A DNA stretch of 64,000 bases, taken from Chrysomallon squamiferum (Eukaryota; Animalia; Mollusca). The notes beneath the pieces were generated by a model that did no database searches, had not been told where the DNA came from, and was given only the letters and a program-made list of their open reading frames with translations. The stretch is from contig CM022665.1 of NCBI GenBank assembly GCA_012295275.1, positions 11,904,001 to 11,968,000 of the forward strand, read 5' to 3'. Below are positions 1 to 15,118 of this stretch, piece by piece. Every line of letters begins with the position of its first letter. The stretch's first letter is position 1. Made by a program: the position numbers and the translations under genes.

Positions 1-2201
1 GTGATGAGGACCCTTAAAGACAGAACAAAAAGATGAGAACAAAAAAAAAAAAAAAAAGAAGAAAGAAGGGAAAGTATCTGTGGCCATGAATTGTCTGTTA
101 GAGGCTCCACCCAGTTTGTGAACATGTCTACATGACGAATTCAATAAAAGCAATTATTTCTGTTCACTTGCATACAAAAAAGATACAGAAATAATTACTT
201 GTGACAATGAAATGGTCAAATGAAAAAAAACAAAAAAACAAAAGCAGTTCAAATATGCACACCATTAAATTTCCATCTGATTGCTTACTTGGTAAATGTA
301 ACAATATTTTCGAATGTCTTTGTTACATTTTTACTGAAGTGTTCTGCAAATGTGAATCTTTTTTATTTTTATTAATCTGTAAACAAAAGAGAAGAGTTAT
401 ACAATCAGAGGTGTTTCTTCAATTTACTCTTATTTATCCTTGATCAACATATTGCTAGTTTAACCATATTTTTCTTTTTTCAATTAGAGATGAGACTGTT
501 AAACATAAAGTAACTTTAAGTTATAAACTTTCAATCCTAAAGACTTTCTGTAATTCTAATTATTTGATTATATTTATGAATTGGTTGGGAAAAGTGATTT
601 AATTTCTACTGTTTACATTTAAAATTACTATTGTAAATGAAAGAACAAATAAAATTTATTTTCTAAATGTATGTATATATATGTGTGTATGTTAACATTT
701 TTCTACCAAGACTTGACGTGATGACAATCATATTCTTTATTAATAACTCAAGATACAATTGAATGTTGTTTTTAATATGACATTTTGTTTTTGTTTGTTT
801 GTTTTTGGTTTTTAAATGTTTAAAAGGGTATTTTCATGATCAAATAATGTAGACATAATTGTCATGATTATGATAATTTTGACAAGTATGATCACATTTA
901 TCAAACTGGTCATGTTACAGATTACATTAAATTACAGGAAAAAATGTAATGTTTATATACAATCAAGCATCGAAAACTAACTTTGGTATCTCAAAATGAA
1001 AAACCCGTCCCAGCTGATTTCCTATATAAGCTAAGTATTAATGTTTTTATTTTTTATTGATTTATTTTTATTTATTTATTATTTTTTTTATTTTTTTTTT
1101 TCATTTTGTGAGATTAAATCCTCTTTCAATTATTATAATAAAATATATCTTAAAACTAAAAACCATAACAGTTAAATTCAATTAAAATACCAAATATACT
1201 GAATTTGTTATTCAGCATTATTAAACTATAATTAAAACTAATCGCTCTTTCTGAATATGTCATTATCAAAACAAAGGAATTATCATAGATGTTAAGTGTA
1301 CATCGAAGATAATATTTATACAGGGTTAAGTTACATACTTCCTAAAACACTAACACATTGTGAAAAGCTAGAATAACTATTTCTCTTCCATCACACATTG
1401 CAAACAGGGAAAAAAGTTTCAAAACTCACTGAGACAGTGTGCACAGGCCTGCTTCCCATTGATAACTTGCTCCCAGTGTGTTTGATGGATAAATATTATC
1501 CCAGTTTAGTATATCCACAAAACGAGATATCTCCAATCTCATTGAAAAACAATGTTTCTCACTTCATTTCCACTTCGAAGTTTTCGCAAACATATCACAC
1601 ATGCATGTCTGTTAGTTAACAGCCTCCTTTGTTTTATCTCATAATAAAAAATGGAAAGTGAACATTTTTCATTCATTTTTGGCTAAGAAGAAGAAGAAAG
1701 AAAATGCACTAATTATAAATGTAGCCTAATTTGAGTTCCTCTTATTATTACTAAGAAAGAGAGAGTCACATTTTTCTTATTAAACACTAAGCCATGACTG
1801 ATTAAATCCTCATAAAAAAATTAAGAAGAAAATTAAAATACTTATTAAATAATAACAATGGCAATAATAATAATAATATTATTATTATGTTCATCTATTT
1901 TTTTTTTAAATCTTTTAATTTATTTATTTATTTAATTATTATTATTATTATTTTATTTTATTTTATTTTATTTATTTTTTGTTGTTGTTGTTGTTGTTGC
2001 TGTTGTTGTTAGTTGGTTATTTCTTATAATTGCATTACAGAAATTAAAATTTTCAAAACTGATTTACTGCAATAATCATTTTCAAAAATAAAAATATAGA
2101 ACTGGTTCATTTATTATTTATTATCTTGTTTACATTTTGAAAAAAATTAACCAAAATTCATGATAATTTTATATTGAAGGTATGTTATTTATTATTATCA
2201 T

Positions 2202-2413
2202 TTATTATAAATGATAGTAAATCATAGTAGTTGTTTAACTATTTTTTAATAAACCAAACATTATCAAAATATTACTAAATGTTACTAAGATGTCACCAAA
2301 AATTAATATTATTATAAATGATAGTAAATCATAGTAGTTGTTTAACTATTTTTTAATAAACCAAACATTATCAAAATATTACTAAATGTTACTAAGATGT
2401 CACCAAAACTAAT
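2202..2413. repeat. Near-perfect 107-bp tandem duplication (2 copies)
   Basis: ttattataaatgatagtaaatcatagtag...gttactaagatgtcaccaaaa occurs at 2202-2301 and identically at 2309-2408. Confidence 0.95.
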
Positions 2414-3669
2414 TTAACACTTTATCAGATTTGTATTAGATATAAACATAATTCAATAAATAAATATTTTACTTGTCTGTGAACAAGATAACAGAAAGGT
2501 TTTGATTTGTATATATATCTAGAGTTGCTGTCTAAATATTAGGGTCAAGACCTAGATGTTTTTATAAGTCGTTTACAGAAGTTAGACAAATAGCAGACTC
2601 GGTAAGAAGAAAACAAATTTACTTTGTCACCAATCAGCAAACCTCCACATTGTAAAGTTTACAGTGATGACAAAAGAAAGAATTTTGCAACTTAACAAAA
2701 TTATTATTATTATTATTAAGATGTGTACTGTTTTACATTATATTTTAAAAATCAGCAACTGTCAAAAACAAAGAAACAAATCAACTAAAAGAAAAAACAA
2801 ACCAAACCAAAAACACTAATAATTATTGAAATAAAAAAGAAAATAAACAAAACATTTTTTTAAACAGTAAATGAATGATCTTTACAACTAAATAAATTGC
2901 CATTTATCTGTATACTGTTTTCCATAAAATAACAAAAATGAATAAATAAATAAATAAATAATATTCAAAACAGAAATATTATTTTATATTACATTTTAAA
3001 ATTAATATTTTAGTACAATATAATGACTTATAACTTTAATAACAAAAATATAAAAATGTGCAGTTGTCATTAAAACAAATTATTATTATTATTAAAAAAA
3101 AAAAATACAAACAATAATAATAAAATAAATTTGAGTAACCCTGACGTATATTATTACCAGACAACATTAAAACAGTTAACTAAATTTTGGCTCTTTCTAC
3201 CCTCTCTTGAGTTATCATGACTGATTGGTAATGTCATCATCTAATGCTCGCTAGAACATATTTGCTTTTAAGCTGTGTTTCCACGTCCTACACAAAGCAA
3301 ATTTACTCTCCTCAAGGGGCTGGCTAATTTATGTCAACACTTATGGGGAATTGTTTGCTAGAGTCTACAAACAATAGTTAAACACCACCACTGAGTGACA
3401 ATTTCATTCATGACCATACTACAAGCTCCCAGTCAGCTCAGACCTTTACACTTATGTAACAAGCTTTACAGGGTCACTGACACCATAATTTCTTCCCTCA
3501 CTCTCTTTATTTCTTTCTTTTTTCCCATCCTCACCCCTCCCTCTTTTCCCTCATTCATTCATTCACTCACTCACTCTCACTCTCTCAGAAGAAAACATAT
3601 TTAATTAATAACACAATTAAAATATTTTTAATCTACAGTTAAATATATTCTGAAATCATCTGTTTGATT

Positions 3670-3877
3670 AAGAAATTCTTCTACTGCCAAGCAATAGCTA
3701 CACTTTTTTAACTGGCATCTTCGCTTAGATTGAAAAGCGCATATCATGTTCTTTGTAAAACCAGATGTGGGTTATTGACAAAAGTAATAAACAGCCTGAA
3801 AGAAGTATCACAGAGGATTGATCCTGCGACTAATCATGCTTCAGGCCAGCAATCTACAACTAAACTACAGGCCACTC
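3670..3877 (-). mobile_element. Decayed tRNA-derived SINE copy
   Basis: gaggattgatcctgcgactaatcatgcttcaggccagcaatctacaactaaactaca reads as a reverse-complement tRNA-like head (B-box/A-box remnants). A similar segment gagattacatcctatgacccatcat lies at about 63522. Confidence 0.45.
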
Positions 3878-5128
3878 CATTCTGTCTCTTGCTGTTGACA
3901 AGATGTATGAAGGAAGAGGACAGACTGCCCAGGTAATCTCTGTAACCAAGACTTGAAGATCGGTTCTTGTGAAAGGTTTTTGGTCACTTTTAATTTAGCT
4001 TTAGCAAACATTCAGCCTATGATTTATTAGCTCAAGTTCTCCAAGTGAATAGTTAAGAAGGTAAGATGATTCCCTCACAAATCTCTAGTCTGGATCCCTT
4101 GCCGTCAGATTAATCTCCGAAAAGGCTTCAGCGATTTCGGTTGGCAGCACAGCACTTGAGGAGATGACTAAGTCAGACATGACACGGCTTCATAAATATA
4201 TAACACACTGCAGCATTTTACTTTAGGATATCTTGTAAACAGGTACAATAGAAATATGCTTGAATATCAGACCCCCCATTTGTAAGAGTTTTACTTCAGT
4301 AAATGAAAATTACATAACACGTTTATGTTTGAGTTTTAATTTTTCTCAATTATTTCCTACTTTTAGAACAGTGTCAGTATTACTTTGCCAGGACTACAAG
4401 GAAAACATTAGAATTTTTTTTTTTAATGACTGTGATAATATTTATGGAGCTGACAGTACTTGATGTAAACAATTATTTTGTAAAATGATGATACAAGGGA
4501 TGAAACATGCTTTTACTGATCACCAACAAGAATTAACTACTACTATTAATAATAATAATAATAAATTATATATATATATATATATTCTTTTTTTCACTTT
4601 TTTTTTAATTATCTCAACAACTTTTGTACCTTTCAAGCAGACATAAAAAAGACTAGAGAACTGCACACCTGATCTAGATAATCCAGTGCTGTATTTACAC
4701 AATGCTGCATCAAGGTATTACCCTAATAACAATACAATGAAAGTGATATATCACTACAGCCCTACACAACAGATGTCATATTGAGCAACATGACCTGCTG
4801 AGATGAGAAACAGAATTTGCAAATAATTAAAAACTGTAATAAAAAGTATACATATACATGTAAATAATGTTATTGTTATTGTTATTGTTATTGTTATTGT
4901 TATTGTTATTATTATTATTATTATTAAAAGAAATGAAAGAATTTATATCAAGTGATTTTACTATATTTAAATAAAATTATAAGTCATTCAAAAATATTTG
5001 TTACTGATGTCACACACACAAATTTCTTTAATCAGTATACTGCATTCAGTTAGTGTCGGTTATAATAATATTAACTAACAGTATTATTTTGTTTTGTACT
5101 TATTATTTATTTATTTATTTATTAAGTA

Positions 5129-5173
<45 letters not shown>

Positions 5174-6166
5174 GTTATTATTATTAGCACTACTACTGTT
5201 CCTACTATTACTGCTACTAGTAATTCTAATACTACAAATATTAATGTATTTACTTTATTATTATTACCACCACCACTGTTCCTAATATCAATACTTCTAC
5301 TAATTCTACTAATACTAATATTTATTTCATTATTATCATTATCAGTACCACTAATACTGTTCCTGCTATTATTATTTCTACTAATTTTACTACTATTACT
5401 ACTATTTATTTATTTTAATATTTTTATTAAAAAGGAAAAAATAAAAATATTTTTATCATAATCTTCTTCAAAACTTATTTATCACAGTAAAATAAAAAAA
5501 TAAATAAATACTCTAAAACTAAATTCTAAAAAACATATATAACTAAAATTTATTTCAAAATTTAGAAACATCTGCAAAACTGTCTCCTATTGCTAAAAAG
5601 AAGAGAAAAAAAAAAAAAATCAACCCCGGATTCATGTGGGTGGTGATATGGACAGAGTAACCAAGCCAACCTATCGTTCACCACCAGAAAATACCTTCCC
5701 CCTTTTTCAATTAAGCTCTAAGCATCTCTTTTATCTCATCAGCCACAAAAGGTATGGCTGCATCAGTTTTTCATCCACGCAGAAAGTTCAGCCTGGTTCA
5801 TGAAAACAAACCAACAATGTCCTCGGCATGTATGCAGTGTCTGTCTGCTCGCAAAGCACGTAGAAAACAGCATCCTCTGAGCAACATCATATCATACCAC
5901 ACCTGTGACACCTAGGGGCATACGTTTATGAAAAAAAAATTATATATATTTAACAAAAAAAAAAAAATTATATATTGTATTCGGATAAAAGTTTAACAAG
6001 AAGTTCATGGGTGTAATGGGAAAGTGTGTGAGTTTTGAAAGTTTGAAAGTTTATAAAAAAAAAAAAAAACCATTTGTTACCAACATCATCAAAATTCTGA
6101 ATTTAATGTGTTACCTGAAGATTACTGTTATAATCATTTTTGTTGTTATTATTATTTATGTTTAGC

Positions 6167-6203
<37 letters not shown>

Positions 6204-8272
6204 TGCTGCTACTGTTGTTGTTATTATTATTATTATTATCTTTGTTATTATTATAAAGATATTATACTGCAGGTGTCACTTGAATGTTACTAAATTATAA
6301 TTTAAGTGGATACAGGTGTTTTAATCATCTACCGGGTTGTACCTCTGGTAACATGATAGTCCTTAGCCTATTTTTAATAGATACAGCAACTTAACCTTCT
6401 TTTCTTTAATCTGTAATATATTTCTTCTTTCCTATTTCTTTTCTCCAACAGGCTTCTTTCATATTTCTCTTATTCAACCAACTTATTTTAAAAGGAAAAT
6501 GTTCTCAATTGTAACACACCTGAAAATTATTAATAGAGTGCTGTGAAGAGACATTCATTATTCAGAAGCAGGAAATAATAACAACATCAAAACCATGATC
6601 AAAATGATGAATAATTTCAATATAACATACCAATACACTATATTTTTTCCTTCTTTTTTAAAAAAACAAACAAAAAAACCCAACAAATTAACTTTTTATT
6701 ATTAAATAACAAATAAAACTAATAAATATATATATTTTAATTAATTTAAAAATTAACAAGCAATTATATATACTTCCTAACTGATAATTTATTTTATTGT
6801 TAGCAGAGATTTTATTATCATTCTTATCAACATCATCATCATCATCATTATTAATTGATGTGTTTGTAACTTTATTTTTTAATGATAAATATTTTTCAAG
6901 TATAACTTTTTTCTTCTAAATAAAGTATAAATTTATTTTTTTATTAGCATGGATATTTTTTCCTTTAATATATATAATTTTTAATTAGCATGGATTTATT
7001 TTTCTAATTTTTAGGTTTACAGAGGTATATTTTCACAAATCAGAAATAACAAAGCCAGAATGTATTTTTTTTTTTTTTTTTAATTTTTAATTAGCCAGGA
7101 CATATTTATATTTGCAATAACTGACAGTGAGTGATACACGTGTGATGAGTGAAGCAGCAGCTACGTCATGGGCTGTGAAGAAATGAGTGGGAAAACAAGC
7201 ACTCAAAACAGCATGTTGGAACCCCAGAAACAACGAGAACAGCATTTCAATTAGGGGGATCAGTGATTGACAAAATTTCGGTAATAACAGGCCGGGCCAT
7301 CTTGAATGAATAGAAAACTGCACTCCATCTGTTGAAAAGGTCTCGCCAACTGACACAGGGTGTGTTCACAGCCTGCCGAGACTTGAATGACCGCTCTCGT
7401 CCACACTGACCTTTGTGTAGGTAGCGAGGCCATTTCTTCGCCAGCTTTAAGGAGACCATTAACATTATAATAGCCGTGCTGTCCACACAAACTTGAGTGG
7501 GGGGGGGACCAGGTCTTTTTGATTGAATGCCGACATGTGCAGTGACAAACCCGTGCAAAACTGAAGATGTGGAAAAGAAAAGCGAGAAGAAAAGTATGAC
7601 TACTGAAATGATGAAATCCATTGTACGACTGGAAGCGAAAGGATTGGATCTTTCGCCGTAGCCGTATCTGTACCATCTGTGCTAGAACCTGCGAGTCTAC
7701 AAGACTCATTGTCTCTTCATACAACTGTAATCTTAATGTGTCAACAGTCTCCATAATTGTGATCATGCTCGGTAAAATGAAAATGACATGACTTTGGTGA
7801 TAATATTGTCAATGGCCCTTTGATGAAATGAAAAAGAACTTTTTGTAAATCTGTGTGCATACTGTCTCACAATGAATGTTTAGATCGAAGCCACCCAATC
7901 AGAAATAGAGAGAAAGAAGAGAAGAAAGAAGAAGAAGAAAAAGAGTTTTATTTACACCGCAGACTAGTCACAGCCAAGCATCTTTTTATCTCAAAAATAA
8001 AAAAAAATATTTTCAAAATCTGTAAAAGAACATTGCTTTCTTTTTATCACTGTAACTTTTATTCAGCTAAGAAAACATTAATTTAACAGAAAATGAAAAC
8101 ATGTTTCAGAAAGTGAAATAAAAAATTAAAAAAACTGTAAATGTTAATATTTAATTTGTAGCATGATTTCCTTTTAATGAAGGTTCACAGGGCAAGGGAA
8201 ATAACTGGTGTTTGTCAAACACAAATACACCCAGTAAATTCTGAACACATTCAAGGACAACCTTAATTAAAG

Positions 8273-8326
<54 letters not shown>

Positions 8327-10788
8327 GAAGTTATTAGTAGTATTTTTATTTAATTAATTTGTTTTATTACTATTTTAAAATGTATTTATTATTCAGTTTA
8401 AAATTAGTAGCATTAGTAATTGCAGGAGCAGCATCATAATGTTATTGCCTCTAGACATATTTTAATAAGAGAAAAATATACCAGTAACAAAAGCAACAAC
8501 AAACAATGAAATTACTCATCCTAAAGACATCCCTATTTTGCAATTTAAATATTTAAATATACTTTTACACACACACACACACACATCCTCACCCATACAA
8601 ACATATGCTTACAAATGAATGTTACAGAAAAAGAATAATAATAAATATAGTAATAATAATAATAATACATGTAGTAATAATAAATAAATAAATAAATAAA
8701 TAAAACAAAGCAAAACAAAATAAAGCAAAGCAAAGCAAAACAAAACAAAAATTATACAAACAAACAAAAGAAACAAATAAATAAATAAAACAAAAGAAAT
8801 GAAAACAAAACAGAAAATAAATAAATAAACCACTCAACACATTACTTCAAACAAACACGATTAATATATCTGGAAAACAAGACGTTTTAAACTGACAGAG
8901 ATCTGTGCCAAAACAGATTTACCGAGGACTTTACAACAAAGATCCTATACAGAAAAACATCATTTCACACATTGTTCAAGATTCCAAAACATCATCCCCC
9001 AAAAAGCAAACCCAAGGTTAGGAATTTACTAAAAGCTCTGAGACAACAAAGGTTTATTGTTTGCCATCATCTTGCCATAAGCTTGGGCAAGTTCTGCAAC
9101 TGTTTTTTTTCTTCTGAAATCCAAATTCAGAAGCCACTGATACCAGACAATCACCTTTTAAAGAAAACTAAAAAATTTAAAAAAAAAATTTACTTGATCA
9201 CCCTGATTTTGAATTTCATAAAAACAAATAGGGTAAGAAAATTGTTTTTAAAAAGAAAGAAATCTTAGAATTCATGATCATTTTTCAACAAATGAAGAGT
9301 AGGTTTTAAATTTGCTATTATTTATTCAGTATAGAAGTATTAAAAGTAGAATTCTGTTTTAATAATATTTAATATTCTTGTTACTGTTAACATTTCATAC
9401 TCAGCTATAAAGCCTAGTAAATAGTATTTCTATTTTATATTTCTGCATGTATTCATATTAAAAATCCAGCATATAATTATTTGTAACATTGACTATTTTT
9501 GCCTTTATATCTTGTTGGTGTTCACATATCAAATTCAGCAATTATATTTATTCTGACTATTAAGACCATTATTTACAGTACATACATATGTTTTACAACT
9601 CTGTATGAATTTAGAAAATTATATTAATAATATTTACTAAGATTGCCAGGTATTAAATTCAGCAAATGATATTTATATACTACTCTTTTTGCAAATTATT
9701 CACATACCTGGTTTCATATTCAGCAAATAATATTTATAAATATTTATATTTAATTCTGCTATACTATGAGCAAAAACAATTATTATAATAAATAAATATT
9801 ACTACCCACATACTATTTAAAAATACTTAATTTTCTTGTATTAGTACCATTATCAAATCATAAACACCTTATATATACTTCCCAAAATGTAACAAATAAT
9901 ATTTATGTAAGTTATATTCTTGTTACTGGTTCTGTATTATTATCATTTTCCAGTTATGAGCAATTTTAACGTACTTCACTGTAAAAACCATTTATACAAA
10001 AACACTATGTTCCTTTGAAAGCATGAATGAACAATGAACTGACAAAATGTAATCCAAGTAATGATACAAGTATGTGGTGACAAATTATCAGGTCTCTGTG
10101 GAGCAGAGTGGAGTGAATGAATTAATATATTTTGTTATCTGATTCTGTTATCTTTTTTGTGCATCTGAAAGAGGCTTCCATTAATGATGATTATAACGAA
10201 ACAGTTCTAATTGTGTCATAAAAATCTCATTGTTCCTCTGATGGCCATGATAGGGTTTCTCAGTTTATTATAGGTTGTTATTGTTGTTGCTGTTGCTATT
10301 GTTTTTATTATGTGTGTGTGTGTGTGTGTGTGTGTGTTATGTGTGTGGATGTGAATATGCTGTTATAAGTGAGTTAATTATATGTGTGTGTCTCTGTGTG
10401 TGTGTGTGTGCATGCTACAGACATGAATAAATATATCTGATAACCAATATTTACAAGGTCATTACTCTATCTAGTACATGATGTCCTGTCAAATTCAGAG
10501 GTTTAATTTATGACAGGAAGACCAAATGATTCCATCGTTCATGTTAATATCAAGACCTGTGTGGCATGCTATAAATTCTAGAGAGGGCAAAGGCTGCATG
10601 ATGGCAGACTAAACCAACATACCAGAGTTCATAACTTAATAAGAAAATATGTCTTCAGTTATCAAGTTCTTACCACTCCAATATTAGGGCTTAGGACATT
10701 TTAAAAAGACATTTCTGGGTGTTTTTTACTTTATAGATATTCATGTAAACTAAGGTAATGTATCTTTTAAAATATTATTATGGTACTG

Positions 10789-11030
10789 GTATAGGAAATG
10801 CATAGAACATTATGTATGTGAAGAAATAATAAAGGATAAAAAAAAAGGTGCAAATTGAAGTAGTAGTAGCAGTATTAGTATTGGTATTAGTGGTAGTTGA
10901 AGTAATAGCAATAATAGGTATAGAAGTATAGGAAATGCACAGAACAGTATGTATGTATGTAAAGAAATTATAAAGGATAAAAAACCCATACAAACTGAAT
11001 TAGTACCAGTAATAGTGGTAGTAGTAGTAG
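10789..11030. repeat. Diverged ~138-bp tandem duplication containing (GTA)n
   Basis: gtataggaaatgca(t/c)agaaca..tatgtatg..aagaaat(a/t)ataaaggataaaaaa occurs at 10789 and 10927. Confidence 0.8.
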
Positions 11031-14000
11031 TAGTGATAGCAACAGCAGTAGAGATGGTAGTTGTAGTAGAAGCAGCAACAGCAGAAGTACTAGTAGTAGA
11101 GTAGTAAGACTAGAAGTTGTAGTAGATGCAGTTTTAATAGTAATAATAATAGTTGTATCAGGGTTTTTTTTGTTTCACATTAACACAATAGTTCAGTGAT
11201 TTTCTTTTTCTATTTCACTCTATTTGATTTCCTTGGATGTCGTATTATTTTACAATCAATCATCTTTTAATTTTTTTTTTCGCCATTTTTTTTTTCCTCA
11301 ACATCATCACAATCTTTCACATCTCAACACAATTTTGAAGAAGAAAGAGTGAGAAAAAAAAATATATTAAAAATTCTTTTAAAGCATTACGCTGAAAAGG
11401 GAACCTGAAATGAAGAAGATATATTTGTGTGTGTTGTTGGATTCGCTGATTAATACATAGTAACTTGTGACAAATCTGCCAGTCAATGCCGATGACCTGG
11501 ACTCTTTGAAGAGACATTTTCTCCATACTTCCACTGCACCAAACATGTTTGACAAGGGATTGTACACTGATGAAGAATGCAGGGTGAAAATAAGATCTTT
11601 AAATATAAATCATTTCCTTCTTGAAACATCAAAAAAAAAAAAAAAAAAAAATCAGAAAGGAACTGTAGTCAAGCCTGCTACATTATTTTGCAACTGATTT
11701 TGTGATATTGTAAATTACATGAGATTGTAAATTGATGAGGAACGCAAAGGGACAAAAATAAGAACTTAAATTAATATCACTTTTTGTTGAACTATGCAAA
11801 AAACAAAATAAAAATCAGTTAGGAATATTAGGTTACATGTATATTATTAGGTTATACATTTTTTTATGAATTGTCTTATGTCTGACAAGTTTGTCTTATA
11901 TTTTGACTGTTATATCACTGTTAATGGTTAAGTGTTATGCTGGATGAAAATGAGATTTTTGGATATAAATTAGTTTTCCTTAAAGCATACCAATACACTG
12001 GACACAACGTAGTAAGGTTTTGTGGTTGCTGTGTTTTTTTATCATGTTGTAAATTATGTTATTATAATAGGATGGCTAAATGATGAAAAATTAGGAGTGA
12101 TAAAATAAATCTTTAAACAAAAAAGAATAAAATAAAATAAAAATACTGAAGCATGCAAAAATAATTAACAGAATGTTGTATATGTTTAACATTATTTCAT
12201 CATATTATGGGTAGTGTTGTAAAATTATATCTTTCTATCAGGATACTGCTGAAAAATTCATGGTGAAAATAAATCTTTAAATACAAATTATTTCTTGTTT
12301 AAGCATGCAAAATAATCAGAACTTTTGATGTGAATTTTAAAACTGTTTTTGTTATACATTAGGCAATGTAAATTACATCATTTCATCAGTATGAAAACAA
12401 GATTTTTAAAAATAAATCAGATCTTGCTGAAGCATATAAAATAAAATCAAAACAGAACTTTTAGCTTGGCCTGTTATTCATTTTGAAACTGATTTGATCA
12501 TGTTTGGCAATCTTTTAAATTATACCATTAGTGCTGTGCTGTGTTGCAATGACATGTATTTTTTTTTTTTTTTTTTTTTTTTAATCTGTTATAAGGTTCT
12601 GCCTGTACAAATGATTGCAGATAAAAAAATAAAAAATAAAATTAAAATAATAATAATAATTTTTTAAAATTTTTAGGTTTTTTTAAAATGTCTTCAGATG
12701 GTTGCATAGTATGTGATGTCACATCATTATAGATTAAATTCTACATTTGTCAAATCTAATCCCTGTCACTTGTTCTGCAACATCATTTCCATCTGAGCAT
12801 TTTCTTCATTTCAAAGGATCACAGAAACATAAAAGATTTTTCAGTAAGACTAACAATTTTCACAAATTTTTTAAATCATGCATGCAGTTAGTATATTACA
12901 CGATATTTATTCAAACAACATCAATGAAGCCATTCAGTAGCTCTCTAATGATTTCATACTGAAATTTAGAGAAAACAGGTCATTTGTATGTATAATTAGA
13001 ATCACAAATGCTGTGGTATATGCCTTTGTGTCCATAAAAATATCTCTTGTTGATGAATAAGAATAGTCCATCGGCTTCCTTTTTCTTATTATCATTACAA
13101 TTGTAATAAAATAAATTTAACTATGTAAATAACAAGAAGTACATTATATTGAATTTTTATAAGAATACAGAACCTATGTTAAGAACTTGACAATTTCTGC
13201 TTGGTAATTTATTACATTAATCATTAAAACAAAATAAAACGAAAAGACAAAAAAAAAATAATTAGAAACAAATAATAATAATAATAATAACAAAATTTAA
13301 AAACTAAAAATTAAAGTAAATAAATAAATTATCATTAGTTTTCTTAATTTGAATGATAATTTCTATTAATTTTGAAAGGAAATATCTATATTCATTGTTT
13401 TTGGGGAGGGTTTTTCTGGTGTTTTTCTTCTTATTTTAAAAAAAATAAATAACAATTTAGTTTTTAGTTTTAATCTTATTTTTCATTGTGTTACATTTTT
13501 GTTATTTCATCAAAAGAACTTTTTGTCAGGCTCTATTTAAATAAATTTTATGTGCCAAATTAAAATATTTTATTGTTAAATTTCACAATATTTCTTCTAA
13601 GTTAAACAACAAGACAATACTAGAGGGATCTGGGAACTGTTAACATCTATAAAACTGCATAAAACATGGACAGTACGAGTTTTAATTTAAACATGTTTTC
13701 TTGTGTCAACCTATAAAACAAAAACTGGACTGAATTTATTTAGCTGAAATTTCTTTTACCAAATCTGATGAAATAAAGATAATATCGTAAAATGTCAGCA
13801 TGACCCAGTTGTTACCAATATTGTCTATTTTAATACAATGACAATTATATGTAAATACATAAATTTTTTAAAGATAAAGCAACAGGCCAGACTGGGTTGT
13901 GATGAAGAATAAATTTTATGAGTTATTTCCAGCTCTTGCCAGTACCTCATCATTTCTGTGACAAGCACAGACACTTATTTATAATAACAATAAATAAATA

Positions 14001-15118
14001 AATAAATAAATAAATAATAATAAAAATTAAAAATTCCCTTGAAGCATATTTTTCTCTCTCTCCCAAAATGTCATGGTATGTGCCATTATTTGTTGTCACT
14101 TTAAGCAAGGACATTTTGATGCCTAAACTAATTCAATTCTGAGTGTATCTTTTTAAAATTATTTTCTAAAAATGCATCAGGCAAACTCACTCAGAAACAC
14201 CATCACAAGTTTTGGAACTTCTTCATAATTTCAAGGATACAAAGCAGAATGGGATATTCCCATGGATTTATCACATGACTTAAAAATGTATAACTGGGTT
14301 CCTGATGAATTAATTCTGATCAGAACTGATCAAAACGGAGTATTACTGCAGCTTAGTGACAAGCATTATTTTCAATCACTTGATTAAATATCTAACTGAC
14401 AAGTGACTGATCACGAACATTATAACTTGAGACAAGTGTAATTAGCTACACACAGCTTAATCAATCAACTTTCATCAACTCCTTCTTATGTAAACATTAC
14501 ACTTGAAAGTTAAGATTACATGAAAAGTTTGGTGCTTTTCATGGAGGAAAAGTTGTAGATAGGCACTGTTTGTAAAATCTGTGAGTGACTGTGTGTGTTT
14601 ATGTGTGTCTGTATGTGTGTGCATTCATGCGTGCACATGTGTAACTGTTTGACCATATGTAAATATTTGTTTTTTTATATGGTGTATGTGTGCTCATGTT
14701 TGAAAAGATACTGTAGACTCATGCCTGTTGTTTGTGAGTGTGTAAATGACTTTGTACATATAATCATATGTATAAATTATATACCAGTGTGCATGTCTAT
14801 AACATCATAAAGGGTTGTGAATGTAGTTGTATTTGTACATGGCATTATTTACACCATAACAAATCATCAGCACATATGTAAGGTTGAAAGATGCATATGG
14901 GGGTTAAATCTTCAAAAGAGAAGATAAAAAAAAAAAAAAAAATTGATATAAGAATGTAGGTGTATGTATGGATAAGTTTGTTTATGTCTGATGTAAAAGA
15001 AGTGGAAAGGGCTTGATAATAATTTAAAGAGAAAGAAAGAGGGGAATGAAGTTTGGAAACAGGAAACAAGGAGAAAAATTTATTAACAAACATGATATAA
15101 AAGAAAACATGAACTTAC

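Noticed and set aside
8545-8840. Hydrophobic F/Y/L-rich ORFs (also 6108, 19983, 25741, 43925)
   Set aside because: Low-complexity A/T-rich simple repeats, not membrane proteins.
1-15118. Further MIPOL1-like coding exons or a FoxA coding region
   Set aside because: I found no phase-0 coiled-coil exon or forkhead domain by eye; a small exon could have been missed.
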